The notes under the pieces were generated by a model. The model did no database searches. It was not told where the DNA came from and saw only the letters and a list, made by a program, of their open reading frames with translations. A stretch of 64,000 nucleotides of DNA. It comes from Eledone cirrhosa. Taxonomy: Eukaryota. The position numbers and the translations under genes were made by a program. Shown in pieces: positions 40,218-53,181 of this stretch (positions are counted from its first letter, which is position 1; each line of letters opens with the position of its first letter). The stretch is from positions 59,582,001-59,646,000 of the forward strand of contig OZ024741.1 in assembly GCA_964016885.1 (NCBI GenBank). Direction: 5' to 3'.

Positions 40218-42049
40218 GCATGTATAACCCCCGACGCCCGACTTAGGGCTGAACAACGCACCATCTTCCTATTACAGACCTGCACACAAACCCCGGTTTG
40301 AACTCCCAACCTCTCTTCCTTTAGCCTTCGACCTGTCTCCTCCCTCCAACCCTATCCGTCTCTCTCTCCTACATACTAACACGACTAAAGACACTCCCAA
40401 CATTAACAGTCACCTTCACCTTCCAGTCACCCTCAACCCCACGCCCATATTGGACCATCCCACCACTAATAATACGAACACCCCCCTTCCCCTCACCACA
40501 CACACGCACTCACACATATATATACACCCATACTACCGTCATTAACCTCCACCAACACACCCATATTTGACCACCCTAATGCTAATAATACTAACACCTA
40601 CCACGCTCCTTCAACCTTACCACACACATGCATTTACACACACCAGTATATATACACTCACTCATATACAGGTACACAACACCTTCCCCCCATCCCCTCA
40701 TACTACCAACACCACACTCACGCCCACATCCTACTAACACCTCCACTAGTTTACACGCCCTCACATACCAACAAGCCGACCTCACCTCCTCTCATCTCCA
40801 CCACACCTTCAGGACACACATACACACAACTCCATGCACACATACTTACACACATGCCACTCTCACCCACACACAGCTAGTTCATCCCACAACTGAGACC
40901 AATGCTACTGCCTCTCACTCACCAGTCTGTTCTGCCGGCTCCACCTCCTGCTCTCCCTCTCACACATTACCCTGCCATCTCCACCCTCACCACCCTTTCC
41001 CCACCCCTTGACTTGACCATCTTGACCACCTCCTGTTGCGCGCGCCCCACAACATTCCACTTCTTCTTCATCCTTCCTACGGACCCCAGCAGTAAGAGTA
41101 CATCACAATGCAATTGTAACCTTAGCAAACATGAAGAACAGCCGAACTCCCACCGTCATCGCCTCCATCTCTCTCGCCCTCCCCATTTCTCTGTATGGTG
41201 AGCAAATGGGGTCCCACGTGCAGCCTCCCCACAGCTCCGGCGGACAGAATGGAAAAGGGGTTTCCCAGCACAAGGGCTTACACCCTCGGATACCGATGCG
41301 ATTTCAACTTGGACCGTGCCATCACTTATACACACACATCAAGAACCATTCATAAACTTAGACACACACAGACACTTAAACCATTTTCGCACACACGCAA
41401 CCATACATTTCACACGAACCCACGTCATCCTCTCTCCACCACAAGACACACACACACTGACACGTGCACATCCTCACATACACCCACACCGCAACCGGAT
41501 CCCACACGATCTCCCCCAAACATCCGACCCCTTTCCATCCACACGCACACACACACCTACACCCATACAGGCACTATAGACACACAGACATACACCCCAC
41601 ACCAATGGTTTTTCAAAACCCACAAGCACGTACCTCCACTCTCCCCCAGACTCTCACACTTACATCCACGCATACACACACACGATCATCTACACACGCG
41701 CACACAGACACACACCTCATCTTCCACAATCCCCGTTCGGAATCCATTTTTCTTTCCACCTCTCGCTCCCCTTCCACCCAACCCTCACCTACCACCACAC
41801 CCCTCCCCCCTCCCTCTCACCTTACTCTAACTTTTAAAACTTTTATTTTCCACATCATGTTTTATTTTTATCTCCATTTTCTCACTGACTCCCACCTCAC
41901 TCCTTCTCGGAGTTCCTCTCCTCACTCTCCTGATGAAGGGTTTATGCCCAAAACGTCGCGACCACGCCCCCACACCCTCACAAAGAGGGAAACTAATACT
42001 ATTTGTAACATGTACTCCTGCGTTGTCTGTTTTTTTTGTATTCCGAACA

Positions 42050-42053
<4 letters not shown>
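40218..42053 (+). mobile_element. 5'-truncated PLE: GIY-YIG C-terminal remnant, long C/A-rich 3' region, mutated minimal HHR (41926-41961)
   Basis: From 40233 DARLRAEQRTIFLLQT..GLN; TCTC-CTGATGA-AGGG-TTTATG-CCC-AAAAC-GTC-GCGA; (TA)n on both sides. Confidence 0.6.
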
Positions 42054-42098
<45 letters not shown>

Positions 42099-42293
42099 AA
42101 AAAATAGATTAGAGCAAACATCACGGGCGCTCAATCTCAAAATTATTTTTGAAAAGCATTAGAAATGCGCAACCGGTAAAAACTTAAAACTAAAACTGAA
42201 TACTTATTACTGATTTATACTTATTCCTACTTAAACTATTTTTCACTGGGAAAAATTTGTCAGCATTTTCTTTTCCTTTTACTAATATATATA

Positions 42294-43026
42294 TAATAAA
42301 ATATAGAGAAAAATACTGCAGGTAGCACATGGATAACATGTAATAAAATGAGTCCCTCATCAGTGATTTGCCGAAGATCATAGATATTTCATTGCATTAA
42401 AAATCATATACCTCACGTCGGTGCAATAATAACCAAAATAAGTTATTAGGACAATTAAAACGCGTAAAGCGAGTGAGACAGGAGAACAACAAGAGTATGG
42501 CTAACCAGGGGAAAGAAACAAGCTTCAAAAATTATTCTGTTTAGCATAAGCTAGGTGAATATATGAGCGCTTTTAGAACAGACCCGACACGAGCGAAGGC
42601 TATGAGCGGAGAGAGAAAAATAGCCTTCGTTGTGTACAGGATGAAATGAAGAGAAGAGAGAGAAACAATGAGTGAGTGAAAGTGTGAGGAAGAGTTAACT
42701 GACATGACAGAGGGGGAGAAACAGAGAGAATGGGGGAACAGTAAGAGAGAGAGAAAAAAACACAGAATCGCAGTGGTAAATATATGTAATAAAATATAGA
42801 GAAAAATAGTGCAGGTAGCACATGGATAACATGTAATAAAATGAGTCCCTCATCAGTGATTTGCCGAAGATCATAGATATTTCATTGCATTAAAAATCAT
42901 ATACCTCACGTCGATGCAATAATAACCAAAATAAGTTATTAGGACAATTAAAACGCGTAAAGCGAGTGAGACAGGAGAACAACAAGAGTATGGCTAACGA
43001 GGGGAAAGAAACAAGCTTCAAAAATT

Positions 43027-43032
<6 letters not shown>
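42294..43032. repeat. About 245 bp near-identical direct repeats, period about 495 bp, ending at (TA)n
   Basis: TAATAAAATATAGAGAAAAATA..CAAAAATTATTCTGT at about 42294-42540 and 42788-43033. Confidence 0.9.
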
Positions 43033-43081
<49 letters not shown>

Positions 43082-43156
43082 CGAAGGAGGTGTGGTAAGG
43101 CTCCAGATGGATCATAACGCACCAGAGTATTCATAATTAGGGTAGTAGAGTGGGTA

Positions 43157-43458
43157 ATAGGAAATCTTTAACCCCGACGGCAGAGCTCAAGCCGTTTCGA
43201 CGGTTATTGCTGGACAAAATTAGAATTTTTAGCGTGGTAAATAAATAGCCGAACTTTTGAAGGAGTAATTCCATATATGGGAAGATTGTAGTAGTCAAAC
43301 CGATTGGTCGACCAATCCGTTTGACAACTACAATCTTCCCATATATGGAATTACCCCTTGAAATGTTCGGCTATTTATTTACCACGCTAAAAATTCTAAT
43401 TTTGTCCTGCAATAGCCGTCGAAATGGCTTGAGCTCTGCCGTCGGGGTTAAACATTTT

Positions 43459-43463
<5 letters not shown>
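43157..43463. repeat. Palindrome with ~150 bp arms (centre TTGGTCGACCAA at 43304-43315) containing a degenerate HHR fold
   Basis: Right arm ACCCC-TTGAAAT-GTTCGGCTATT..AATAGCCGTC-GAAAT-GGC..GCC-GTC-GGGGT. Confidence 0.85.
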
Positions 43464-43509
<46 letters not shown>

Positions 43510-43525
43510 GTGTGTGTGCGTGTGT

Positions 43526-43608
<83 letters not shown>

Positions 43609-44199
43609 CGCGTGTGTGTGTGTGTTTGTTTTGCATGTATATCTTACATATTCACATATGTATGCTAATGGTTATGCAGGCATATTATATGCAACACAGA
43701 ATCTGATCACATGGCGTCACATGCTTGTCGCATCTATGTCTTCGTCACTTCTCATTAATGAACTTTTGTGTTAATAACTTTACTTATCTACACATTGTTT
43801 GTGTTTATGCAACGCTAGTTTTCAACCTTTTATTTAAACCTATATTTAAATTCTATACGCATTCTCCTCCAAGTAATGCTTAGTCACAATAGTTACATGT
43901 AAGCATGTGATTTCTCACCTACGTTAATTTACATTCATAGAACATTGCCAAGCAACTTCCTTTGCTTAGAAGTTCTTCTGTTGTTGTCTAAAGTTATGAC
44001 GTAAGCAAAGTATTTTAACCAAGCTGTGTTGCATGTATAATGTTCAATACGAATATATCCTTCCTATACCATTGAACTAGTATGAACAACCTACTGACAA
44101 AAATATGTTGTCTATTTTATAATGGTTGTAGATTGTATCTGAAGTCTAGTTTCACTGTGTGGCAGCGCTTTGGGGAATTGTAGAAGAATTGCGAAGAGG

Positions 44200-45000
44200 T
44201 GTATGCCTTATTCACGGACTTCGAAAAGACGTTTCACTGCTTTCCACAGAACTTGCTTCGGAAGGGTCTGCAGAAGTATGAGATGGGTGAGTAGCTTCAT
44301 TATGCCTTGAATTCCCTATACGAATGCTCTAGTATTTAGGTTCAGATAAATGTTAATACCTCGAAACCATTCAATGTATGTGTTTGACTCTACCAAATGT
44401 GCGTATTGTTACCATTTCTGTTCAAAATCTTTAATAATAGGAATAAGATGTGCAACCACGTAGGAAGCGATGTTAAAACCTGATGATGTATGTTCAGTAA
44501 CCTGGAATTTGAAGAACTGGTGGAGAAATTCAAGTATCTCGAGGCCGTTTTCTCAATCTATGAAAACATAAAGCTGAATAAAATGCACATATTGCAGGCA
44601 TTGGTGTAGTATAGCGTCAGCTTCAGCATTCAGTTACCAGAAGGGAAGTAGTCAAAAAGGCGAACTCTCTATCTTCAATTCTGTGTTCGTGTCTACCTTT
44701 ATTTATGATTATGGATCTTGTGTAATGACGAAAAGAAAACGATCGCGAATACAAACGGTCGAATTGGTGTTCCTCCGAAGGTCCTTTCAAGTATCATTAC
44801 TCCACAGAGTGTAGCTTAGACATAAGGGAAGCATTCCTGGTGGAGCTGACATTTCTCCGAATCGTACTAGAGACTTGTGGTTAGAGTGTTTAAGGAAAGA
44901 ATCGCCGGACAGATCCTTCGAGCAAAGCCTAACCGTAGGGGACGCGCAAATGCACCACAAGCAAGATAGTTAGATATCACCCATGAGTTCGAGTGGACCC
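44200..45000 (+). pseudogene. Old RTE-clade RT fragment, a different family from the 31.7 kb element
   Basis: Manual translation FTDFEKTF, SKPFNV, LVEKFKYL, LSIFNSVFV..VMTKRKRSRIQTVELVFLRR. Confidence 0.7.
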
Positions 45001-45072
45001 GCTTGGAGAATTCTGCCAGCTCTCATGAACCTCCCAGGCATATGTGCGCGAGGAGGAGGAGGAATTGGGGAT

Positions 45073-46880
45073 GGAAGGTGGCGAAGTTAATATTAATTGT
45101 GGAATTTTTTAGGGTGATTCTTTATCACCGCTTTTATTCTGCATCGCACGTAATCCATTAAGTAAAATGCTCAATGAAACAAAACATGGATATAAAGTCT
45201 ATGACAAAACCATTAATCACTTGACTACATGGATGACCTGAAACTATTTGCAAAAAATGATGAGCAACTGCAAGGGCTATTATCCACTGTGGAGTAGTTC
45301 AATGATGATATTAAAATGGAGTTTCGACTAGATAAACGCGCTAAGGCCACATTCATAAGAGGAAAGCTGCTGAGAAATTCAGACATTAATCTTGATCGGG
45401 GGAATGTGATAAGAGAACTTGATCAAGAGTAAACTTACAAATATCTAGGTGTTTGTGGAGGAGACGCAATCAAACACTCGACAATGAGGCAAAGGATAAG
45501 GAAGGAATGTTACCGCAGAGTAAAAGCAATCTTAAGAACGGAGTTGAATGCAAGGAATAGGATCGATGCCATATCAGTAATAACTTACAATTTCAATGTC
45601 ATCAACTTGTCAAGCACAGAGATCTGTAAGCTCGATACAAAAATTAGAAAATTCTTAACTATGCACAGAATGCATCACCCTAAGGTAGATACAGATAGAA
45701 TGTATATCCCTAGGAAAGAAGAAGGGCGTGGATTAATCCAGTTAGATATTGCTTTGAAAACTTCAACAATTGGGTCATCTACATAGCTAAGGGATGCACA
45801 TCATTGGATGATCAAACTCGTTTTGAAACATAAAAGCATCAAAAGGTCATACTCCATTACAAACGATGCACAAAGATACAGTAATGAACACATTTCAGAA
45901 GTTCCCTTTACTGCTGAAATGAAAAACACAGAAAAAGCAAAGCAGGTAAAAGTAACAGTAAAGAAATAACTGCTACAGAAACTGGCTAACAAATGGCAAG
46001 GAATGCCTCATATAGAAAATAACCAGAAAGAGCTAACATTCTTGATGTTGACAAAATTTTAACCAATCAGTGGTTGGCATCCTCTAGAGTGAAATCGGAG
46101 ACTGAAGGACTGATTATATCAGTTCAAGATCAGTGTCTGCCAATAAAAAATTATCAAGCCAACATAATAAAAAATGTATGCAACCCATTATGCCGTGCAT
46201 GTAAAAAACAACCAGAGACCATTCATCATATAATTTCAATAGACAGTCCTATAGCTCCAACCAAATACCAAAACAGCCATGACAGAGCTGCACAATACAT
46301 ACATTGTGTAGTGTGCAAGCATTTTGACCTGTCCCATCAAACAAATTGGTGGGAGCATCAACCACCTCCCGTACTTGAAAAAGGTCACATCTCAATTTTG
46401 TGGAACTTTAGCATCCAAACAGACCGAAAAAATGATGCAAATAGACCTGATATAATACTGAAGGACTTTAAAAAGAGGGTATGCCTGTTAATTGACATGT
46501 TCCTATAGACACGAATGTATACGATAAAAACATATGAAAAATAGAGCAAGTATAAAGACCTGAAAAAATGTGGAAGTTGTGAACTAAAACAATACCCGTG
46601 ATTGTAGGCGCTCTATAAATGATACCTAAGGGGTCTAATGATAACTTCTCCCATCTCCCAGTAAATCTGCGTATAGAAGAAATACTAAAGGTAGTACTAA
46701 TAGGAACAGCCTCTATACTAAGGAAGATTCTGTTAATATAAATACATCACAAATCTAAACACCTAAAGATACATCTATGTCTGTATGTGTTCTTTCTTGA
46801 ACATGGCGGACATTGTTGTCTCTTGAGGTAATTGGTTGTGACTTGGTGATAACTTGTATGAACATAAAGCAAGATAAATG
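45073..46880 (+). mobile_element. R4/Dong-clade LINE, 5'-truncated, same family as 10641-14680
   Basis: Colinear with 12825-14680 including the 3'UTR; YMDDL, CRAC..H, RPDIILKD; A/(TAA)n tail. Confidence 0.92.
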
Positions 46881-46904
46881 AAAAAAAAAAATAATAATAA
46901 TAAT

Positions 46905-47368
46905 GTTTTCTTTATTAACCACAAGAGTTGACATAAAGTATAACATTAAGGACGGTACAGGTTCGTACAAATGGGCATTTCTACGTGTAAAGAAAACAAA
47001 AGAAATGACAAAAAAAGAAACATAGGAAACATAGAAAATAGGGGGGAGACCTCCGAGGGATACTCGTGGAGAAAGCTCATTAAAAAAGCCATGTTGACCC
47101 TGACCACAAGGGCAAGTGCTCTCTCCCGGTTTTCCACCTTCCAATTACAGGCCCATACTCAAAGCAAGCCCATTCACTCGGGCCAAGCCTGCCTCTCTCA
47201 CCCATCTTTCAACAAAATGCTGGGAAGAGAGTACTTCCCTCTCCACCCTGACTTTCGTTTTCAAATGAAATTTGAAAAAGTTAATCAGGGCATTACCGAG
47301 GAGGTAAGTGCTCGTCTTCAGCCATTTCAAACGCGTCCACCACACAATCTCTTTTGCCATGGCCACCA
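46905..47368 (-). mobile_element. L1/Tx1 3' terminal fragment
   Basis: VAMAKEIVWWTRLK..ERWVREA..; 3'UTR homologous to 3891-4140. Confidence 0.9.
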
Positions 47369-48178
47369 AGAAGAAGAAGAAGAAGAAGAAGATATTTTAG
47401 TGTCAGCTCACTTTTTTTCAATATCTGATAAGTTAGTCTCGGTTAGCAGCCAGACAATATTTCAAACGTTGATCCGTTATTTTCGACTCACAGACTGTCA
47501 GTAATGCCTCATTCTTTTTTTGTTAACGTAGAATGTGAATCTAATGAAGTTCCTGATGTTATAAAGCTTCGCAAACTTATAAAGCACAAATGACACTACA
47601 TATTTGCCGGTGCAGACCACCACCAGTTCTGTCACGATCCGTTGTTTTAAGCTAATCGGTACATGGATAACTGGTTGTCTTTGGTCAAGTTGTTTACAAA
47701 AAACTACATATGTCTGAAACGAGAGAGAAACTTGAGCTGAGTTGTTTATATGTTTTATTCATTTAAAAGATGAATATTGTTTTGTCACCAGACGAAAAAC
47801 AAAAGAATCATTTCTGAAAAAATCAGGGAAAATGTTTGAGATGAAAAGTAGATCTAATCCAAGAAAAGCAAGGAATGTATACATTCGACTGTATCTGGAG
47901 AATAAAAGACAGAATATATTAATGAAAGACAATAATAAAACACAGAAAGCATTGTCTAGTTTTGTTGAACAACAAAAGAGCTGTAAATCTTTGCTCTGTG
48001 GCATTTCTGTGAATGTTTAATATCTACATCTGTCAGATGTACAATGATAATCTGATAAAGTACATTAGAATAATTACGAAAGTAACCGAGAAACGGATTT
48101 TGATGTTATTTCTTTTCACCTAGCTAAATAAAAAGAAGAGTAGATGCAGTAGAAAGAGAAATTAAAAAAAAACAGAGT

Positions 48179-48248
48179 GAAGAAGAAGAAGAAGAAGAAG
48201 AAGAAGAAGAAGAAGAAGAAGAAGAAGAAGAAGAAGAAGAAGAAGAAG

Positions 48249-48292
<44 letters not shown>

Positions 48293-48295
48293 AAA
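48179..48295. repeat. Compound (GAA)n(CAA)n microsatellite
   Basis: Directly visible. Confidence 0.97.
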
Positions 48296-48711
48296 CAAGA
48301 AGCGGGGAGGAGAAGGAGGAAAATAAGAAGATAAAGAAAAAGAAGGGATACCAGATCAGGAGAAAGAGATAATGTGTTGGAAATTGTAGAGGAAGGGGTT
48401 GAGTAGATGGAAAAAGAAAGAAAAAAACTTTATTGAAGTTGGATTTAGTTTTTAAATATAAGATTTAAAAGAACATGAGAAAATAAAATGCTATTATTGG
48501 TTTTGTATGCTTTTAGTGTTGATAGACTTCAAGACTATGACAAGAATAATCCCGATTATAAATAGTGATAGGAACAAAGAAACAAAATATATATGGAATG
48601 TTTATATATTTTTAGTTTTTAAATATAAAAGTTTCAGGAATCCTTTTTAATACTTTTTCAATTGACTGTGTACTTTTAGTGTTTGGTGCGTTGTGTCTTT
48701 GTAACAATTGT

Positions 48712-48810
<99 letters not shown>

Positions 48811-48823
48811 GATATACACACAG

Positions 48824-48887
<64 letters not shown>

Positions 48888-48912
48888 TCATACATATATA
48901 AAATATAATATA

Positions 48913-48989
<77 letters not shown>

Positions 48990-48990
48990 A

Positions 48991-49046
<56 letters not shown>

Positions 49047-50033
49047 ATGTATATGTATGTATACTTATACATATACATATACACATACATATGTATATAT
49101 ATTCTTGTCATTCTTTGTGTTTCTTTCCGCCATTCTTTCAACATCTGTTTCCCGGGGTTTTTCTGTAGGCAGATTTATCTTTATAAAACATTCATAAATT
49201 GCGAGGAATAAATAAAGAAACCAAAAGTACAACAATAACAACAACAGAAAAGTACACATCAGAACAGCGACAAAACTACAAGTAAAAACTCTTCAGACGC
49301 TGCAATGAAAAGTTGAAAAAAGCAAAAAACAGCATATGTAACTCTCACTCTCCCCCCTCTCTATATATCTATCTATCTGTCTATCTATCTATCTATCTAT
49401 CTATATATCTCTATATATATATAAATATATATGAACAAATGTGTTTCGAATAACTGCAGGGCGGCTAGTGTTTATTTGCATATTAAATGGATTATCAATA
49501 AAATGTATAATGATATCAATACTTTGTTAAGATCGAGTACAAAAGACGAGGAAACTAAACATTCTATTATTCAAATCATGTAAACCGTTGCTAATGAATA
49601 ACATCTACCAATCTTATATATATTTACAAGCTAGGAAATATTTATTTCATTGAAAAAGAAATGTGGGAAGTCGAAAGTTGTTAACGATTCACGCAACTAA
49701 ACTAGACAAATATCGGAATTAATGCCGTGGTTTAATAAGAAACATATAGCAAATATTAAAAATCAAATATTTAATGTTCAAATAAATATATACATGTAGG
49801 CGGCGTGTAGACAGTGCCGGTATACAGTCAGATAGAATGATTTCGGGATGCGTTCCAACTCTCTTCTCCCTAATTTCAAATCCCACCGAGGTCTAATTTA
49901 CCTTTCATCCATTTAAGGTCGATAAAAAAGTACCAGTCTAAGCTGGGTTTGATTCTTCCTCTATACCTCTTTCTCACTTCCTTTCTCTCACTCTCTATCA
50001 TTCTCTGGAAGCTATCTGGTTCTGCCAGATTTA

Positions 50034-50225
50034 ATAATTGTTTCTACATTTGGCACAAGGCCAGCAATTATTCCAGTGTATTACTGGTACTTTATTTTAT
50101 CGACACCGTAAGGATGAAAGGCAAAGTTAACCTCGGCGGGATTTGAACTCAGACCATAAAGGGCTGCAACTCTTTGCTACAAAGCATGGCGTCCAACCCT
50201 CTACCGATACTGCCAATCGACCGCG
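50034..50225 (-). mobile_element. tRNA-derived SINE (Nin/Deu-like); degenerate relatives at about 49800-49950 (+), 53490-53553 (-) and 55268-55422 (+)
   Basis: Same A box, B box and central domain as 16709-16895. Confidence 0.8.
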
Positions 50226-50399
50226 AATCCCTGCAAAGCTACGGGTCAATACATACTAGCGTGACTATACACTTACACACATACACACACATTTATATGA
50301 GAAAGTCTAAAACCTGACATGTCGAACTATCTTTCTCCTTTTACATATAAAGCGTGAAACTAATGAGACTTTTTGTACCATTGTTTTGTCGTTTCCTTG

Positions 50400-50469
<70 letters not shown>

Positions 50470-50636
50470 ATACTTGGGGAGGGCCATATTGTTGTAATAA
50501 TATTGCCAGAAATAATAACAGAACATACTCAGAGTGGTTGGTTTCCACTTCTGTATTTTTTATATCTCCATAGTTAATTTATTTGGCAATCAACGTTTAT
50601 AATTGATTGACCAACGGTTAAAAATACAAATATAAA

Positions 50637-51312
50637 TATAACAACTAGAAATTGATTAACATATAAATAAACATATGAAACAATCACAGGGGATAATTTT
50701 TACAAGTGTGTAAGCACACATAGCTAGGTAGGTAACTAAATAAAGTTAACTAGAACTTCAAAAATAGATACCTTATAATATGATTAATCTTCCCTGTGTA
50801 TATTCCATTAAAGAAATATGTTTCACCAATTAATCGAATGGTAAACCACGGAGGCCGATACTTGGATTTTCAACAAGGAAGAAGTCCAGCCATTTGTGTT
50901 TACGCATTAAGTTCAAATCAGCGACTAGCCAGTAAAACATGCTGTATCTACTAAAAATACACAGATCATACCAGCTTCGTCCCGTGGCGTGAATAGGGTT
51001 ATCGACAACTAGAAACAACAATCAAGTCCTTTCAACAGAGTTAGCTCTACAATTAAGGAGCCCTATTTATATATCTATAACCAAAATTAAGATAAATCAA
51101 AGTGAATTTAATCTAAATCAAAATTATGGGTGTCATGCCAGAAAGGCATGCACCATATCACCCATAAAATAAGCTTCAAGATTCTAATGAATAGGTCCGA
51201 GCATTTTATAACAACTAGAAATTGATTAACATATAAATAAAGATATGAAACAATCACAGGGGATAATTTTTACAAGTGTGTAAGCACACATAGCTAGGTA
51301 GGTAACTAAATA
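50637..51312. repeat. About 570 bp unit bounded by ~105 bp near-identical direct repeats
   Basis: ATAACAACTAGAAATTG..GTAGGTAACTAAATAA at about 50638 and 51208. Confidence 0.85.
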
Positions 51313-51699
51313 ATTGTTCTGCATCCCCCTGCATAGAACCACCTAGGTACTTTGACATAACTTATATATTTTCTAGCATTAGTGTACATCTGTACGCATA
51401 TGTTGGTAGATGTACTAATTCTCTATATTTATCTCCAAATTATTTGTTGAGAAAAATTGCCAAATCTACTGCTAATTCATAGTAGTAGTAGTAGGCTCTT
51501 GTCATAATACCACCCCACTCCTAACTGACTAACCTCAGTGTCACGTGATTGATTCTTTAGAATCTGCCATTGACCAGAGGCAGTGAACTTTTTCAGTGCT
51601 ATGGAATTTAGTCCTCGCTAGCTTATTACATCCACTGAATTATTATTTTATATGGGTTCCTAGTGTCCGCGCATTGCCTGGGAACTTAGCTGAGAATAG

Positions 51700-51781
51700 A
51701 CTCCCTGATGACGTAATGAATTCTTGATAGTTATATTGTGTAACTATATTTATCCCATTACAGAAACTAATTAGTTGGAGT
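51700..51781 (+). ncRNA. Type I hammerhead ribozyme with extended helix II
   Basis: ACTCC-CTGATGA-C-GTAATG..ATAGTTATA-TTG-TGTAACTAT..CATTAC-A-GAAAC-TAATTA-GTT-GGAGT. Confidence 0.85.
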
Positions 51782-52234
51782 GAAAATTTTAGTAAGTAAG
51801 TTAATATTTAATTTTTAAAATTTTCTTAATTTACGTCTTTCATATGATTGTTCTGCATCCCCCTGCATAGAACCACCTAGGTACTTTGACATAACTTATA
51901 TATTTGCTAGCATTAGTGTACATCTGTACGCATATGTTGGTAGATGTACTAATTCTCGATATTTATCTCCAAATTATTTGTTGAGCAAACTTGCCAAATC
52001 TACTGCTAATTCATAGTAGTAGTAGTAGGCTCTTGTCATAATACCACCCCACTCCTAACTGACTAACCTCAGTGTCACGTGATTGATTCTTTAGAATCTG
52101 CCATTGACCAGAGGCAGTGAACTTTTTCAGTGCTATGGAATTTAGTCCTCGCTAGCTTATTACATCCACTGAATTATTATTTTTATATAGGTTCCTAGTG
52201 TCCGCGCATTGCCTGGGAACTTAGCTGAGAATAG

Positions 52235-52316
52235 ACTCCCTGATGACGTAATGAATTCTCGATAGTTATATTGTGTAACTATATTTATCCCATTACAGAA
52301 ACTAATTAGTTGGAGT
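52235..52316 (+). ncRNA. Type I hammerhead ribozyme, second tandem copy
   Basis: As 51700-51781, 535 bp downstream. Confidence 0.85.
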
Positions 52317-52484
52317 GGAAATTTTAGTAAGTTAATTTTTAATTTTTAAAATTTTCTTATTTTACGTCTTTCATATAAATGTTCTGCATCCCCCTGCATA
52401 GAACCACCTAGATACTTTGACATAACTTATATATTTGCTGGCATTAGTGTACATCTGTACGCATATGTTGGTAGATGTACTAAT

Positions 52485-52518
<34 letters not shown>

Positions 52519-52548
52519 TATAGAGAGAGAGAGAAAGAGAGAGAGGGG

Positions 52549-52746
52549 ACAAGTATGACAACGACGGCAGAGCTCAAGCCGTTTCGACAGCTAATTCTGG
52601 ACTAAATTTAGTCCAGAATTAGCCGTCGAAACGGCTTGTGCTCTGCCGTCGGGGTCATACTTGTTCCTATTACCCACTCTACTACCCTAAGTATCGAGTA
52701 CTTTGGTGCGTTATGGTCCATCTGGTTCCTTACCACATTTCCTTCG

Positions 52747-52749
<3 letters not shown>
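52549..52749. repeat. Fold-back copy of the 15200/43157 family (palindrome 52549-52664)
   Basis: Centre CTGGACTAAATTTAGTCCAG; contains GAAAC-GGC..GCC-GTC-GGGGT half of the HHR fold. Confidence 0.85.
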
Positions 52750-52822
<73 letters not shown>

Positions 52823-52850
52823 GGGTGTGTATGATTGTGTAAAGAAGATT

Positions 52851-53181
52851 ATATTAATAAAAGGAATTCCAACTTTGTCTGATTTACTCGTTTTATTTAC
52901 AATCCTTTAAAATTATAATGATAATATAATGAAATAGTAAGGTAGAATATTAAATGTTAAATGTTAATTGAACAAGTACTTTCATGCTTTCGCAATCTTC
53001 AGGTTCAATTCAGTGGTGACAGAGAAGCTGGCAATTTTCGAAAATTGCCAACTTGACTGCTGAATTAACATTTAATATTTAATATTCTACCTTACTATTT
53101 CATTATAATATCATTATAATTTTAAAGGATTGTAAATAAAACGAGTAAATCAGACAAAGTTGGAATTCCGTTTATTAATAT
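52851..53181. repeat. Inverted repeat with ~118 bp arms; the spacer holds an HHR and a small hairpin
   Basis: Arms 52851-52969 and about 53063-53181; inner TGGCAATTTTCGAAAATTGCCA. Confidence 0.9.
52966..53010 (-). ncRNA. Minimal type I hammerhead ribozyme
   Basis: AATTGAAC-CTGAAGA-T-TGC-GAAA-GCA-T-GAAAG-TA-CTT-GTTCAATT; 8 bp helix I, GAAA tetraloop, palindromic helix III. Confidence 0.85.

Larger units (their letters stand above)
51314..52487 (+). mobile_element. Retrozyme-like tandem array, 535 bp unit x about 2.2
   Basis: TGTTCTGCATCCCCCTGCATAGAACC recurs at about 51316, 51849 and 52380; one HHR per full unit. Confidence 0.8.

Noticed and set aside
41195-42099. Two 211 aa His/Thr/Pro-rich ORFs
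   Set aside because: C/A-rich low-complexity sequence lacks stops by composition.
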